DNA of 64,000 nucleotides. It comes from Sulfurospirillaceae bacterium (GTDB lineage: Bacteria > Campylobacterota > Campylobacteria > Campylobacterales > Sulfurospirillaceae). Made by a program: the position numbers and the translations under genes. The notes beneath the pieces are model-generated. The model ran no database searches. It saw only the letters and a list, made by a program, of their open reading frames with translations, and had not been told where the DNA came from. Position 1 is the stretch's first letter; each line of letters opens with the position of its first letter. Positions 11,540 to 24,074 of the stretch are shown one piece after another. Location: NCBI GenBank assembly GCA_033723415.1, contig JAWVXD010000010.1:1-64000 (forward strand), written 5' to 3'.

Positions 11540-11584
11540 ATTTAATTCCTTTTAGATATAATACCAGACTTATTTTACTATAAA

Positions 11585-12415
11585 GTGGCTAAAATGAAAA
11601 TATTTGATAACATAAATGATATAAAAAACTACAGAACAGACACGGAGGGGACTGTAGGATTTGTACCGACTATGGGAGCACTGCACAAGGGTCATCTCTC
11701 ATTGATAGAAAAATCTAAAAAAGAAAATGATATAACGATAGTTTCTATATTTGTAAATCCTACACAATTTCTCCCTGGAGAAGATTTGGATAAATATCCA
11801 AGAAAATTGGATGCAGATAAAAGAATATGTCAGCTAGCAGGCGTTGATGCGATATTTATACCAAGCAGCACAGATATATATACGGATGTAGAGCCAAAGA
11901 TAACAGCTCCACAAAAACAAGGATATATGTTGGAAGGATTTTTGAGACCTGGACATTTTGACGGAGTTTTAAGAGTAGTGATGAAACTCTTGAACATAAC
12001 AAGTCCTACAAATGCATACTTTGGTAAGAAAGATGCACAACAACTTTATCTTATACAAAATATGGTGAAATCTTTTTTTATGGACACGACCATAGTTCCT
12101 TGTGAGATAGTACGAGAAAATGATGGCCTAGCACTGTCTAGCCGCAATATATATCTAAGTGATGAGGAAAAAGTACAGGCATTAAAAATATCAAAATCTT
12201 TAAAAGTTGCTTCAAGAGCTCTTATGAAAGAAGAATTTGACGTACAGAAAATCAAAGCTCTTATGATGGAAACATTAGAAGGTTTAGATGTAGAATATGT
12301 AGAAATGGTGGATAGAGATTTTAACAAAATAGATAAGATCTCACTAAAACAAAGTATCATCTTGGTTGCTGCACGAGTCGGCAAAACAAGATTGATAGAT
12401 AACATATGGATATAA
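11585..12415 (+). CDS. panC: pantoate-beta-alanine ligase
   Basis: [19 protein letters not shown] and GLALSSRN motifs; start may be 11594. Confidence 0.95.
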   Translation: MAKMKIFDNINDIKNYRTDTEGTVGFVPTMGALHKGHLSLIEKSKKENDITIVSIFVNPTQFLPGEDLDKYPRKLDADKRICQLAGVDAIFIPSSTDIYTDVEPKITAPQKQGYMLEGFLRPGHFDGVLRVVMKLLNITSPTNAYFGKKDAQQLYLIQNMVKSFFMDTTIVPCEIVRENDGLALSSRNIYLSDEEKVQALKISKSLKVASRALMKEEFDVQKIKALMMETLEGLDVEYVEMVDRDFNKIDKISLKQSIILVAARVGKTRLIDNIWI

Positions 12416-12417
12416 AA

Positions 12418-13731
12418 ATGGAAAAAACGCTTTACTTAGTCTCTCTTGGCTGTAACAAGAATCTTGTAGATTCAGAAGTCATGCTAGGCAGACTGAAAGA
12501 TTATAAACTGATAAATGAACCATCCCTTGCAGATGTATTGATAGTAAATACCTGCGGTTTCATAGGAGCAGCTAAAGAAGAAAGTCTAAACACGATCTTT
12601 TCACTGCATGACCAAAGAAAAGAAGATTCCCTATTGGTAGTGAGCGGATGCTTGACGCAGCGATATCAAGAAGAATTGACCAAAGAATTAAAAGAGGTAG
12701 ACATCTTCACGGGAGTCGGTGATTATGACAAGATAGACGAGATAATAAATCAAAGGAAAAACGTCTTTTCAACCTCAACATATCTTATAGACGATGAACA
12801 AAGAGTTGTAACAGGTTCAAATTTTCACGCTTATGTAAAACTAAGCGAAGGCTGTAATCAAAGCTGTAGTTTTTGTGCGATCCCGGGCTTTAAAGGTAAA
12901 TTAAAATCAAGAGAATTAGAATCTATACGCAAAGAGTTGGTCTCACTTGTCAATCAAGGATACTATGATTTCAGTTTTATCTCACAAGACAGCAGTTCCT
13001 ACCTAAGAGATCTTGGTGTAAAAAACGGACTGATCGATTTTATAGACATGGTTGAAGGCATAGAGGGTGTGAAAAGCGCCAGGATCTTATATCTTTATCC
13101 TACGACCGCTACAAATGAGCTGATTCAAAAGATCATAGATTCAAAAGTCTTTCATAATTATTTTGATATGCCGATACAACATATCAATGATGATATGCTA
13201 AAGAGGATGAAGAGAGGCGCAGGCAAAAGCAGGATCATAGAACAATTGAACATGATGAGAAAAGCAGAAGACAGCTTCTTAAGAACCGGTTTTATCGTGG
13301 GACATCCTAACGAAAGCGATGCTGAATTTGACGAATTGTGTGATTTTGTGAAAGATTTTGATTTCGACCGTATCAGCATATTTGCATATTCTGATGAAGA
13401 AGACACTGCTGCCTATGAGATGGAAGGCAAAATCGACAAAAAAACAGTAGATCAAAGAATCAAAAAACTAAATAAGATAGTAGAAGACAAGATTCAAAAA
13501 AGCCTTCAAAATGAGATCGGCAAATATATAGTAATCGTCGCAGAGGGAGAAAGCAGCGAACATGAGTTTTTCATAGGAGCTAAAAAATTATCTTGGGATA
13601 GAGAGATAGACGGTGAGATCCTTGTCAATGAATCATTGGTAGGAGATGTTGAATTTGGAAAATGCTATCTTGCGAAAATTACCGAAATAGCAGGAGATAA
13701 ATTACTTGCGACAGTTACCAAACCTGCATGA
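12418..13731 (+). CDS. rimO: ribosomal protein S12 methylthiotransferase
   Basis: [12 protein letters not shown], radical SAM CxxxCxxC, EIDG in TRAM domain. Confidence 0.93.
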   Translation: MEKTLYLVSLGCNKNLVDSEVMLGRLKDYKLINEPSLADVLIVNTCGFIGAAKEESLNTIFSLHDQRKEDSLLVVSGCLTQRYQEELTKELKEVDIFTGVGDYDKIDEIINQRKNVFSTSTYLIDDEQRVVTGSNFHAYVKLSEGCNQSCSFCAIPGFKGKLKSRELESIRKELVSLVNQGYYDFSFISQDSSSYLRDLGVKNGLIDFIDMVEGIEGVKSARILYLYPTTATNELIQKIIDSKVFHNYFDMPIQHINDDMLKRMKRGAGKSRIIEQLNMMRKAEDSFLRTGFIVGHPNESDAEFDELCDFVKDFDFDRISIFAYSDEEDTAAYEMEGKIDKKTVDQRIKKLNKIVEDKIQKSLQNEIGKYIVIVAEGESSEHEFFIGAKKLSWDREIDGEILVNESLVGDVEFGKCYLAKITEIAGDKLLATVTKPA

Positions 13732-14719
13732 TGCAGTTATAAAATCACTCAAAAATGGGAAAAATCTACTCGCCTTCTCAGGCGGAGTAGATTCCAGTGC
13801 ACTATTTTTTATACTAAGATCTTATGAAGTCGAATTTGATCTGGCAATCGTTGACTACAACATAAGAGAACAAAGCAAAGAAGAAGTTGAATATGCCGGA
13901 CAATTATGTTCAACATACGGAAAAACTATGTTCTTGCATAATTGCAAATTGGACGACTCAAATTTTGAGAGTAATGCAAGAGTTGAAAGATACGATTTTT
14001 TTGAGAAAATCATAAAAGAAAACAATTATACAAATCTTATAACGGCACATCATCTAAATGATAAAGTAGAGTGGTTATTAATGCAATTTGCCAAAGGCAG
14101 CGGTTTAGTGGAGATGCTAGGCTTTGATAAGGTACAAGAGCGAGATGGATATAGTATTATAAGACCTCTATCGAATATAAGCAAAAAAGAATTGCAAAAC
14201 TTTTTAGATATAAATAAAATCCAATACTTTATCGACAAGAGCAATACTTCAGATAAATATACAAGAAATAAGATCAGAAGTAAATATGCCAATGACTTCG
14301 TAGATGAATTTGAAAAAGGAATCGTGAGAAGTTTTGAGTACCTCAGAAATGACGTAAACTTATTGACAAGCGAGAACAACATAAATGTAAAAGATCTATA
14401 CATATGCAAAAGAGAGCCTGAAGATTTAAAGAATATAAGACAGATAGATAAACTTTTAAAAAAGTTAGGCGTTTTAATGAGTCATACACAAAGAGATGAA
14501 GTTCTAAAAACCAAGGATTGTGTGGTCTCTCACAAGATTGTTGTTGCTTTTAGCGATGATCTGATCTTTATATCACCTTTTGTTCAAAAAAGTATGCCAA
14601 AAATATTTAAAGAAAGCTGCAGAATACATAAGATACCTACAAAAATAAGACCTTATATCTATAGTGAAGATATTGATGTCGTTACTTTGGTTGAGTTAAT
14701 TTATAAACTTTTATCTTAA
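13706..14719 (+). CDS. tilS: tRNA(Ile) lysidine synthetase
   Basis: [10 protein letters not shown]-loop, TAHH and RNKIR motifs. Confidence 0.9.
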   Translation: MRQLPNLHDAVIKSLKNGKNLLAFSGGVDSSALFFILRSYEVEFDLAIVDYNIREQSKEEVEYAGQLCSTYGKTMFLHNCKLDDSNFESNARVERYDFFEKIIKENNYTNLITAHHLNDKVEWLLMQFAKGSGLVEMLGFDKVQERDGYSIIRPLSNISKKELQNFLDINKIQYFIDKSNTSDKYTRNKIRSKYANDFVDEFEKGIVRSFEYLRNDVNLLTSENNINVKDLYICKREPEDLKNIRQIDKLLKKLGVLMSHTQRDEVLKTKDCVVSHKIVVAFSDDLIFISPFVQKSMPKIFKESCRIHKIPTKIRPYIYSEDIDVVTLVELIYKLLS

Positions 14720-15230
14720 ATGAGGATCGTATAAAATCTCCTGTAGCTCTCAATTCTATAGGGAAATCTGCTTGAACAATATTTTTATAGCGATTTAATC
14801 CATCTAAGAATTTATAAAAATTAACCGGTGTTTTCAGTGATGAAGTTACATTTAATTCATAAACTTTAAACTCTTTCTTATAATCACTCTGTTGTGTCTC
14901 TTTTAAAGATACATGACTAAAGAATTGATTTGCAAAACTTACAAACTCTTTTTTTGAAAAGTCATGTTTGAATGAATCAAATATTTTTTTATTTTTAGTT
15001 TTTAAATTTTTTAACTCTTTTTCTCTACTTGCAAGAACACTGTCCACTTTGGCTTTATATGCTGAAGCTCTGTTATACTCGCTTCTTGCGCTTCTATATT
15101 GTTTTACATTAGGGACTATAAGTGAAAATAAAAGGACAATAGTGATCAATATAAAAACAGCGAAGAATATCAACATTTTTACGTAATTTATTTTTTCCAC
15201 GCTTCTGTCTATTCTACTCACTAAATCCAT
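14682..15230 (-). CDS. PilO-like membrane protein (putative flagellar cage component)
   Basis: Single TM, coiled coil and small C-terminal domain; third gene of the trio downstream of miaB/DUF374. Confidence 0.6.
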   Translation of the reverse strand: MDLVSRIDRSVEKINYVKMLIFFAVFILITIVLLFSLIVPNVKQYRSARSEYNRASAYKAKVDSVLASREKELKNLKTKNKKIFDSFKHDFSKKEFVSFANQFFSHVSLKETQQSDYKKEFKVYELNVTSSLKTPVNFYKFLDGLNRYKNIVQADFPIELRATGDFIRSSFKIKVYKLTQPK

Positions 15231-15735
15231 CCGTTTGTGTTATTTTATTTGTACTTACAAAATTGTACCAGCCGTTTTTAGTTAGATAAAACATCGTACT
15301 GTTCGTACTAAAAATTGATTTCAAAGGCGCAGCCAAAAGAAAATTATAAGTATCTTTTGTAGGTGTTTTACCGTATATTATCAATGAATCTCTTTTAATG
15401 ATAACTCTGTTTAAAGTGATTTGATCAGGTACCAGATCAAAAAGATTTTTTATACTGTTCTTTAAGAGCGTATTTCTTGAGTATATCTCCTCACCCAATG
15501 CTTTTTGACGTAGCAAATATTCTATATAATCATCCGTATTTTTAATTTTCTTTTCTAACATGACACGTTGATCATTCTTGATAAGTACTTCTTTTTTATA
15601 AGTGTGGATCTTATATAACAAGAATAAGCCAAAAGATATCAAAAGCAAAGAGACAAACGATATAAAAAGTAGCCATATCTTTGAAAATATAGAAAGCAAC
15701 GGTTTTGGATACGGTTTTATAAAGCTATAGTTCAT
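15214..15735 (-). CDS. PilN-like membrane protein (putative flagellar cage component)
   Basis: TM and coiled coil followed by LVPDQITL...LIIYG PilN-like pattern; start reassigned to MNYSF. Confidence 0.65.
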   Translation of the reverse strand: MNYSFIKPYPKPLLSIFSKIWLLFISFVSLLLISFGLFLLYKIHTYKKEVLIKNDQRVMLEKKIKNTDDYIEYLLRQKALGEEIYSRNTLLKNSIKNLFDLVPDQITLNRVIIKRDSLIIYGKTPTKDTYNFLLAAPLKSIFSTNSTMFYLTKNGWYNFVSTNKITQTDGFSE

Positions 15736-16804
15736 TATTAGCCTCTTTGATACTAAGGTCGCAAACAATCTCACTAACGTTTATCTTATATGTTTCAAGT
15801 GTAAGCAAAAGCTCATGTTCAATACTTTGCAATATCTCTTGACTCATATCGTATCCATCGAAAATTATCATTTTAGAGATAAAATCACTTTCATATATAG
15901 AGTTGCCGTAATACTCTCTTAAAGTTCTATTCAATATTTTATATATCTTCATATCTCTTCCATAGAGCTCAATATCTGACATATCTATTTCAACATTGTC
16001 ATATTCTGGATTTTCTTCTTCAGATATATGATCTTCTACTTCTTCTGTCACATCCAGAAATGTTTCGGTTGCTATTTTTTGAGTATCTGATTCTAGATCT
16101 GTTAAATCTTCCAAGGCAGAGAACTCCTCCCCTATATCATCATCATTATTGGTATTAAGCAAATCCACATCATCTACTATATTAGTTTCTTCTTCTTCGT
16201 CTTCCCAGTCATCGATATTATTAAACTCATCTAAATTCGTATCCTCTGTCATTTTGGCAAAAACTCCAAAGGACAAAACACCGTCTTTAAAAATACTTAA
16301 AGTGATAGAATCTTGCTGATTGAGCATATATAGCACTACATTTTTTTGCGGTCTGTGTTGAGAAAGCATATAATATAAAAGAACAAATGGTGAATATATA
16401 AAATCAAGCCCTACATTGCTATAAATTTTATGAGCCCAATTGATATCAATAAATGACGCATAAGCCGACCAATTTTTAAATTTTACACTTTTTATGTTTT
16501 TGGCATCCACACTGAATTTTTCAAAATCCTCAGCTTCAACACCGTTTATAGCACCTTGTCCCATAGAGTCAAGAAGTAGAGAGATATAAGTAAAGTTGTA
16601 TTCTTCTTGAAGAGAGATCAGATATTTTTCAAGCTTGGCATCTATTGTATCTACGCTTTCACTGCTGTCAAACTCTTTTTCAAATTTCGCTTTTAATTTT
16701 CCATTCTTTATGACTTTACAGAAAACTATATAAGAGTTTTCCTTCGAAACAATAGAAACAAAAAGATTAGAAAAATATTTTCTGATTAAATTTGAAAAAC
16801 TCAT
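15725..16804 (-). CDS. PilM-like cytoplasmic protein with acidic insert
   Basis: First gene of the trio; synteny with recalled Cj0456c/HP0271-type loci. Confidence 0.55.
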   Translation of the reverse strand: MSFSNLIRKYFSNLFVSIVSKENSYIVFCKVIKNGKLKAKFEKEFDSSESVDTIDAKLEKYLISLQEEYNFTYISLLLDSMGQGAINGVEAEDFEKFSVDAKNIKSVKFKNWSAYASFIDINWAHKIYSNVGLDFIYSPFVLLYYMLSQHRPQKNVVLYMLNQQDSITLSIFKDGVLSFGVFAKMTEDTNLDEFNNIDDWEDEEEETNIVDDVDLLNTNNDDDIGEEFSALEDLTDLESDTQKIATETFLDVTEEVEDHISEEENPEYDNVEIDMSDIELYGRDMKIYKILNRTLREYYGNSIYESDFISKMIIFDGYDMSQEILQSIEHELLLTLETYKINVSEIVCDLSIKEANNEL

Positions 16805-16900
16805 AAGCCCTTTTCTCTGCCTTTTTATGCTTAATATACCGATATATAAAATTTAAATAAAAATTCTTTGTGTATTTTAAGCTACATTTGCTTAATAATA

Positions 16901-16916
16901 AGCAAATGTAGTGCCA
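16901..16916 (-). promoter_or_regulatory. sigma54 (RpoN) promoter
   Basis: Minus strand TGGCAC-TACAT-TTGCT, exact -24/-12 consensus, about 100 nt upstream of the 16804 start. Confidence 0.8.
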
Positions 16917-17066
16917 ATTTCTCATAATTCTCTGTATAATACTGTAAATTTCTTATTTAGATTTTTCATATATTCTATATCAAGCTTGATTTATCACTTT
17001 TATAAAAAATCGCTTTTAATACTGTGATATAAAAATCAATAATGCAATAAAGCAATTAAAACTACT

Positions 17067-17699
17067 TTAGACAGCATGAACCATGAGTCTTTCTTTGATT
17101 ATATTTTTTGCATCATCCATCAACAAATCATCAACTAAAAAAGAATCGCCTAAATAAAAATCTACAGTTGAAAAAGGTTTTGGTATAACAAATTTGTCCC
17201 AGCTCTTTATCTGCCAAAATGAAGACGGTTGAAAATTTAAAGTCATGATCGGAACTTGTTTCCTTTGAGACACTATAACTATCCCATCAGCCACACTGTG
17301 CCTGGGTCCTCTGGGACCATCAGGTGTTATTCCTATATTTTTTCCCATTTCAATCGCTTTGAAAGCTTGTCTCAAAGCTTTTATGCCGCCTCTTGTCGAG
17401 CTTCCTCTAATACTACCCTCACCAAATAAAGCGATAGTTCTGGCAATAATTTCACCGTCCTTGTGCTCGCTGATCAAAAAATCAATATTCATATTTTTTT
17501 TACATATTTGATATAGTCCCATAGTAGCCAAAATTTCACCATGCCAAAAAGCAACGATCAAAGGGGAAGGTAACTTATCCAATGCAGTATTTGAATGAAT
17601 CCTCTTTTTGCAAGTCAATAATAAAATACTAATGAAAACATAAAGAACTTTTGGTGTTACCCATAGCAAGATATTTTTTTTTAATTCCTTAAAGAACAA
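17067..17699 (-). CDS. lysophospholipid acyltransferase family (DUF374)
   Basis: FWHG, SEHKDGE, RGSS and TPDGPRGP motifs. Confidence 0.88.
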   Translation of the reverse strand: MFFKELKKNILLWVTPKVLYVFISILLLTCKKRIHSNTALDKLPSPLIVAFWHGEILATMGLYQICKKNMNIDFLISEHKDGEIIARTIALFGEGSIRGSSTRGGIKALRQAFKAIEMGKNIGITPDGPRGPRHSVADGIVIVSQRKQVPIMTLNFQPSSFWQIKSWDKFVIPKPFSTVDFYLGDSFLVDDLLMDDAKNIIKERLMVHAV

Positions 17700-18993
17700 C
17701 TTCGCCGTACAAAGATAAACGCTTAGGATTTGTGATCTTTACTTTCATAGTGTTTCCTAACCACTCTTCTTTGCCCTCTACTTGGACTAGTGCATTATTG
17801 TCGCTTTTACCAGCTAATAAACCGCTACTTCTAAGCTCTTCAAAATACACTAAATACTCTTTATTTAATTTAGTTTTTGATATTTCATCTAAGATCTTTT
17901 CTTGTTTATCTTGCAAAACTTGTAATCTTTGAGATGCCACTTCACTATCTATAGCATTTGTAAATTCGGCTGCTTTTGTCAACGGTCTTGGAGAGTATTT
18001 GAAAGAAAATATCTGTTCAAATTTCACCTTTTCCATCACATCCAACGTATCTTCGAAATCTTTATCACTCTCGCCCGGAAAACCTACTATGATATCCGTG
18101 CTTATGGATACCTCCGGACATAATTCCCTAAGCTTTAAAGCTCGATTCAAAAACCACTCTTTTGTATATCCTCTTTTCATGCTTTCTAAAAGCTTGGTAG
18201 ATCCGCTTTGCAGAGGCATGTGCATAGACTTGCATATCTTTGGATTATTTACAAAAGTTTCCAAGAACTTATCGTCCATATGTAGTGGATGAGGAGAAGT
18301 AAAACGAATCCTCTCAACACCTTCAACTTCACTTACCATGTTAAGTAAATCACTAAAATCAAGCTTTTGATGTGATGGATTTGAAAATCTTCTACCATAA
18401 TTGTTTACGTTTTGACCAAGTAAAAATATCTCTTTTGCGCCGTTGTTAGAAGCCTTTTTGACTTCGTTGATAATTAGTTCGGCAGGTATTGAAATCTCTT
18501 CACCTCTAGTGTGAGGTACTATGCAATATGTACATTTTTTATCACAGCCTATTGAAATATTTATAAATGCCTTGTATTTATTATTTCTAAATTCGCTAAA
18601 AGCATAAGCACTCTCGTCATAATCAATATCTACGCTGATAAACTTATCTTCATTTACCGCTTTTGAGATTTTTGATACATTTCTTGCACCTAATACAAAA
18701 TTTACTTCCGGAGCTCTTTTAAATATCTGCTCTCCTAAGTGACTGGCTGTACACCCGCACACACCGATCTTTGCACCGTCTTTTTTCTTTTTATTAAATA
18801 CGCCTATCTCGGAGAACAGCTTGCTAACAGGCTTTTCTCTGACACTGCAAGTATTTATAAGAATCAGATCAGCCTGACTTGCATCATTAGTTAAAGAATA
18901 ATTTTCTTTATCTTTAAGTTCTGCTATCATATGCTCACTATCTCTAGTGTTCATAGCACAACCTAAGGTTTCAATATACAGTTTCTTTGACAA
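17689..18993 (-). CDS. miaB: tRNA ms2i6A37 methylthiotransferase
   Basis: [25 protein letters not shown] and FTSPHP motifs. Confidence 0.95.
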   Translation of the reverse strand: MSKKLYIETLGCAMNTRDSEHMIAELKDKENYSLTNDASQADLILINTCSVREKPVSKLFSEIGVFNKKKKDGAKIGVCGCTASHLGEQIFKRAPEVNFVLGARNVSKISKAVNEDKFISVDIDYDESAYAFSEFRNNKYKAFINISIGCDKKCTYCIVPHTRGEEISIPAELIINEVKKASNNGAKEIFLLGQNVNNYGRRFSNPSHQKLDFSDLLNMVSEVEGVERIRFTSPHPLHMDDKFLETFVNNPKICKSMHMPLQSGSTKLLESMKRGYTKEWFLNRALKLRELCPEVSISTDIIVGFPGESDKDFEDTLDVMEKVKFEQIFSFKYSPRPLTKAAEFTNAIDSEVASQRLQVLQDKQEKILDEISKTKLNKEYLVYFEELRSSGLLAGKSDNNALVQVEGKEEWLGNTMKVKITNPKRLSLYGEVVL

Positions 18994-19001
18994 GTCGAAT
19001 C

Positions 19002-19244
19002 CTAAAGTATGTGTATTTCATACATATAATCATCGTCTCCAAGTCCATACTTCACTTCTCTTAGGTAAACGCTGCATTCATTTTCTTCAAAATACTCAAC
19101 TAAGGCAACTAAGTCTTTATGAGAGTTTTCTTTATCAAAATAAAATATCTTTTGTCCATCTTTTTGAACACTTTCCATAATTTTTTCTAATTTTATAGTT
19201 TTTGGCTTTGCGTCTAGCTCTCTTCTTGCTAATTTAAGTTCCAT
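19002..19244 (-). CDS. HP0268 family nuclease
   Basis: MELKLAR...[11 protein letters not shown]; upstream of miaB as in relatives. Confidence 0.85.
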   Translation of the reverse strand: MELKLARRELDAKPKTIKLEKIMESVQKDGQKIFYFDKENSHKDLVALVEYFEENECSVYLREVKYGLGDDDYMYEIHIL

Positions 19245-19365
19245 TTTTACCTTCTTTGTTAAACAATATTATGTCTCAAAACCCGAGACATAGAATCACG
19301 ATATTCTATCTTTTTTTGTATAAATTACGGATTAAAGCAATCTGTACTTCGCTAATCTCATAATT

Positions 19366-19977
19366 TCAATAAATCAAAGGCACAAATCTAAAGCCGATAT
19401 ATTCGCTTTTCTGAATACTTAAATCAGGCATTTTTTTAAATCTAAAAATTGAATTTTTTACAGGAACTACAAGTACTCCACCTGCGTTAAGTTGCTCAAA
19501 TAATTCAACCGGAATTTGTGGAGCACTTGCCGAAACCAAAATTCTATCAAACTTTTTTTTTGGTTTTCCGAGCAATTCCGTAGCCAACTCGATCTTGGTA
19601 TTTTTAAAATCAAAAAAAGCTAGATTTTTTTGTCCGACTTCTACCAATTTTTCAACTCTTTCTACCCCTGTTACTTCTCCATCTTTTCCTACAATCTCAC
19701 TTAAAAGTGCAGTCGTCCATCCTGAACCTGAGCCTATATCTAAGACTTTATTTCCTTCTTTGGCATCAAGCAGTTCAAGCATAAATGCTACGGTACTTGG
19801 CTGAGAAATCGTTTGGTCCTTTCCTATAGGTAATGGATAATCTCCATAAATTTCAGTAGAAAAATATTCAGGCACAAAATATTTTCTATCAATATTCTCA
19901 AAAGCTTTGATGATCTTTCCGCTTTTTAGTACTCCTGATTGAACCATATTAAAAATAAGCTCTTTATTTGTACTCAT
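19366..19977 (-). CDS. pcm: protein-L-isoaspartate O-methyltransferase
   Basis: QTISQPS, VLDIGSGSGWT and FVPL motifs. Confidence 0.9.
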   Translation of the reverse strand: MSTNKELIFNMVQSGVLKSGKIIKAFENIDRKYFVPEYFSTEIYGDYPLPIGKDQTISQPSTVAFMLELLDAKEGNKVLDIGSGSGWTTALLSEIVGKDGEVTGVERVEKLVEVGQKNLAFFDFKNTKIELATELLGKPKKKFDRILVSASAPQIPVELFEQLNAGGVLVVPVKNSIFRFKKMPDLSIQKSEYIGFRFVPLIY

Positions 19978-20279
19978 TGTTTTGCCTTTTCTTTAATTTT
20001 AAAGCAAATTTTATCTTTACCTTTATCAGCTAAACTATACTTAGTCTTATCGGCTAAACTATAAAGATATATTATCACTTTTTTTCGACTGATGCAATAG
20101 TTAAATAAAGTTTTCTAAATCTTATTAAGTGAAAACCAGGCTTGCCACTTGAATAAAAAAGACTTTTCAGATATAATTATTATCTTCATGCTCGCAATTA
20201 TTGAGAATTCCAAAGTTTACCGTGTTATGTTGCGAAAAATATATTGGCATTTTTATATGCTTAAAAAAGAGGTAGAAAA

Positions 20280-21386
20280 TTGAGTAAAATATTAGATATC
20301 ATCGAGTCTATAGCAAATGAAAAGGGCTTAGCTATAAATGAAGTCAAAGAGACCGTAACTACGGCTCTTGTAAATACTGCAAAAAAAATTTACGGCAGAG
20401 AGTATGAATACGGTGCAGAAATAAACCCTGAGACAAAAAGCTTGAAGTTATATCAAAAGGTTATAGTTTTAAATGATAATGATGAAAGATTACAAGAAGA
20501 AAATGAAAACTACATTTCTCTCAAAGAAGCAAAAGAAGTTGACCCTGAGATAGAAATCAATGATGAATTGACATATGAATTGCCTCTTGATAACTTAGGC
20601 AGAACGGCAGCTGCTACTTTGCAAAGAGAATTAGAATTTCATATCCAGAGATTACTTGAAGCTAAAATCTTCGATAAATACAAAAACATGGTAAACCATA
20701 GAGTATTTGGAACAGTTGTAAGAATTGATAATGAAGAAAATACATATATAGAAATAGATGAAGTAAGAGCTATTTTACCACGTAAAAGTAGAATCAAGGG
20801 TGAAAAATTTAAAGTAGGAGATGTTGTTAAAAGCGTCATAAGAAAAGTTTTTATTGATAAGACTCAAGGCATAGTAGTTGAGCTTTCAAGAACAAGTCCA
20901 AAATTTTTAGAAGCACTTTTGCAACTTGAAGTACCAGAGATAAAAGACGGACTTATAGAGATAAATTCATCTGCAAGAATCCCTGGAGAGAGAGCCAAAA
21001 TCGCTCTTACTTCTCTACATCCAAACGTAGATGCAGTTGGAGCAACAGTAGGAACCAGAGGTGTAAGGATTAACTCTATAAGCAAAGAACTACATGGCGA
21101 AAATATAGACTGTATAGAATACTCTAATATCCCTGAGATCTTTATAGCGAAAGCTTTAAGCCCTGCGATCATATCTAGCGTAAAGATCATAAGTGATAAA
21201 AAAGCCTTGGTTACTCTTTTGGCTGATCAAAAATCAAAAGCCATAGGTAAAAGCGGTATAAATATAAGACTTACTTCTATGCTTACAGGCTATGAAATAG
21301 AACTGCAAGAAAAAGAAGGAACAACTTCATCTGATGCCAACGAAGTAAAAGATCCAAATGCACTAAAAAATCTGTTTGGAAGCTAA
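20280..21386 (+). CDS. nusA: transcription factor NusA
   Basis: S1/KH architecture; RIPGERAK and AIGKSGINIRL motifs. Confidence 0.95.
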   Translation: MSKILDIIESIANEKGLAINEVKETVTTALVNTAKKIYGREYEYGAEINPETKSLKLYQKVIVLNDNDERLQEENENYISLKEAKEVDPEIEINDELTYELPLDNLGRTAAATLQRELEFHIQRLLEAKIFDKYKNMVNHRVFGTVVRIDNEENTYIEIDEVRAILPRKSRIKGEKFKVGDVVKSVIRKVFIDKTQGIVVELSRTSPKFLEALLQLEVPEIKDGLIEINSSARIPGERAKIALTSLHPNVDAVGATVGTRGVRINSISKELHGENIDCIEYSNIPEIFIAKALSPAIISSVKIISDKKALVTLLADQKSKAIGKSGINIRLTSMLTGYEIELQEKEGTTSSDANEVKDPNALKNLFGS

Positions 21387-21390
21387 AAAA

Positions 21391-21419
21391 GAATCCTTTA
21401 TGCCTTGCATAAAGGATTC
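21391..21419. terminator. intrinsic terminator hairpin between convergent genes
   Basis: 13-bp perfect stem GAATCCTTTATGC/GCATAAAGGATTC, preceded by an A-run. Confidence 0.8.
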
Positions 21420-21426
21420 AAGACAA

Positions 21427-21576
21427 CTATTCTGTTTTCTTTTCTACGTAATTAGCGCCATTATGAAGCTTTTCTTTTGTCCAGTTTACTCCGGTTTTTG
21501 TATCTTGTTTGATACCTTCCCAGGTTGCACATCCACTCATAAACAACACTGTTACAGCAATTAATATATATTTCAT
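21427..21576 (-). CDS. small entericidin-like lipoprotein (49 aa)
   Basis: MKYILIAVTVLFMSGCATWEGIKQDTKTGVNWTKEKLHNGANYVEKKTE; lipobox MSGC; AGGAG RBS; absent from the ORF track. Confidence 0.8.
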   Translation of the reverse strand: MKYILIAVTVLFMSGCATWEGIKQDTKTGVNWTKEKLHNGANYVEKKTE

Positions 21577-21577
21577 T

Positions 21578-22540
21578 TTATCTCCTATTTGAAAATGGAT
21601 TTAATTTTAAGAGCACTAAATCAGCAATAACGTTGCCGATAAGTGTCAAAAAAGCAGAGATTATCAAAATACCCATGATAACCGGATAATCTCTACTTAA
21701 TGCACTTTGATAAAATAACAACCCCATTCCGTTAATAGAAAAAATTGACTCCAAAATAACACTACCTCCGATAAGCCCGGGCAGTGACAATCCTAAAATC
21801 GTAACAACAGAAGGTGATAGGTTTGGGAGGATATATCGCCAAAATATATCTTTCTGGCTAATACCTCTTGATTTTGCAAAAAAGATATAATCACTTTTTA
21901 GGATATTAATACTCAAACTCCTGACATACATAGCCAAACTGCCCACTCCTGCAAAAACCATGACGAATATAGGCAATACCAGATGCCATGCCATATCCAT
22001 ATAATAATCAAATCCTTCCAGTTTTGTTGGAGAATGTAATCCTGATATAGGAAATAGTTTCCACTTTACGGCAAATAGTATAACAAGCACAAGAGCAAGA
22101 TAAAAAGATGGCATAGCATAACTAACCAATGAGAAATTTTTTACGCTCATATCGTATTTGCTGTTTTGTTTAAAAGCAGATTTGATACCCAGATACAAGG
22201 AGATAACAAAAACTAAAATCATACTGATAACGTTCATTATCAAGGTGATAGATATACGGGACAATATCTCATCCTTGACCATTTTACCGCTGGCAAACGA
22301 GATTCCAAAATCAAGATGGACTATAGCATTCAGCCAAGAAAAGAATTGTACAGGAAGAGTTTTATCCAGCCCATATACTTTTTTAAGCTGTTCTATAGAT
22401 TGCTGTGTAATATTTGGATTTAGCTCTCCGCTTGCAAAAAAAGAGTTTGGTGCCAAATGAATAGCACCAAATGATATAATAGATATAATTAAAAGCATCA
22501 GCACTATATAAGATATCTTCTTTAGTGCCAATTTAATCAT
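21578..22540 (-). CDS. peptide/nickel ABC transporter permease (DppB/OppB-like)
   Basis: LDFGIS, DYIFFAKSRG and SRDYPVIMG motifs. Confidence 0.88.
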   Translation of the reverse strand: MIKLALKKISYIVLMLLIISIISFGAIHLAPNSFFASGELNPNITQQSIEQLKKVYGLDKTLPVQFFSWLNAIVHLDFGISFASGKMVKDEILSRISITLIMNVISMILVFVISLYLGIKSAFKQNSKYDMSVKNFSLVSYAMPSFYLALVLVILFAVKWKLFPISGLHSPTKLEGFDYYMDMAWHLVLPIFVMVFAGVGSLAMYVRSLSINILKSDYIFFAKSRGISQKDIFWRYILPNLSPSVVTILGLSLPGLIGGSVILESIFSINGMGLLFYQSALSRDYPVIMGILIISAFLTLIGNVIADLVLLKLNPFSNRR

Positions 22541-22543
22541 AAT

Positions 22544-24070
<1,527 letters not shown>

Positions 24071-24074
<4 letters not shown>

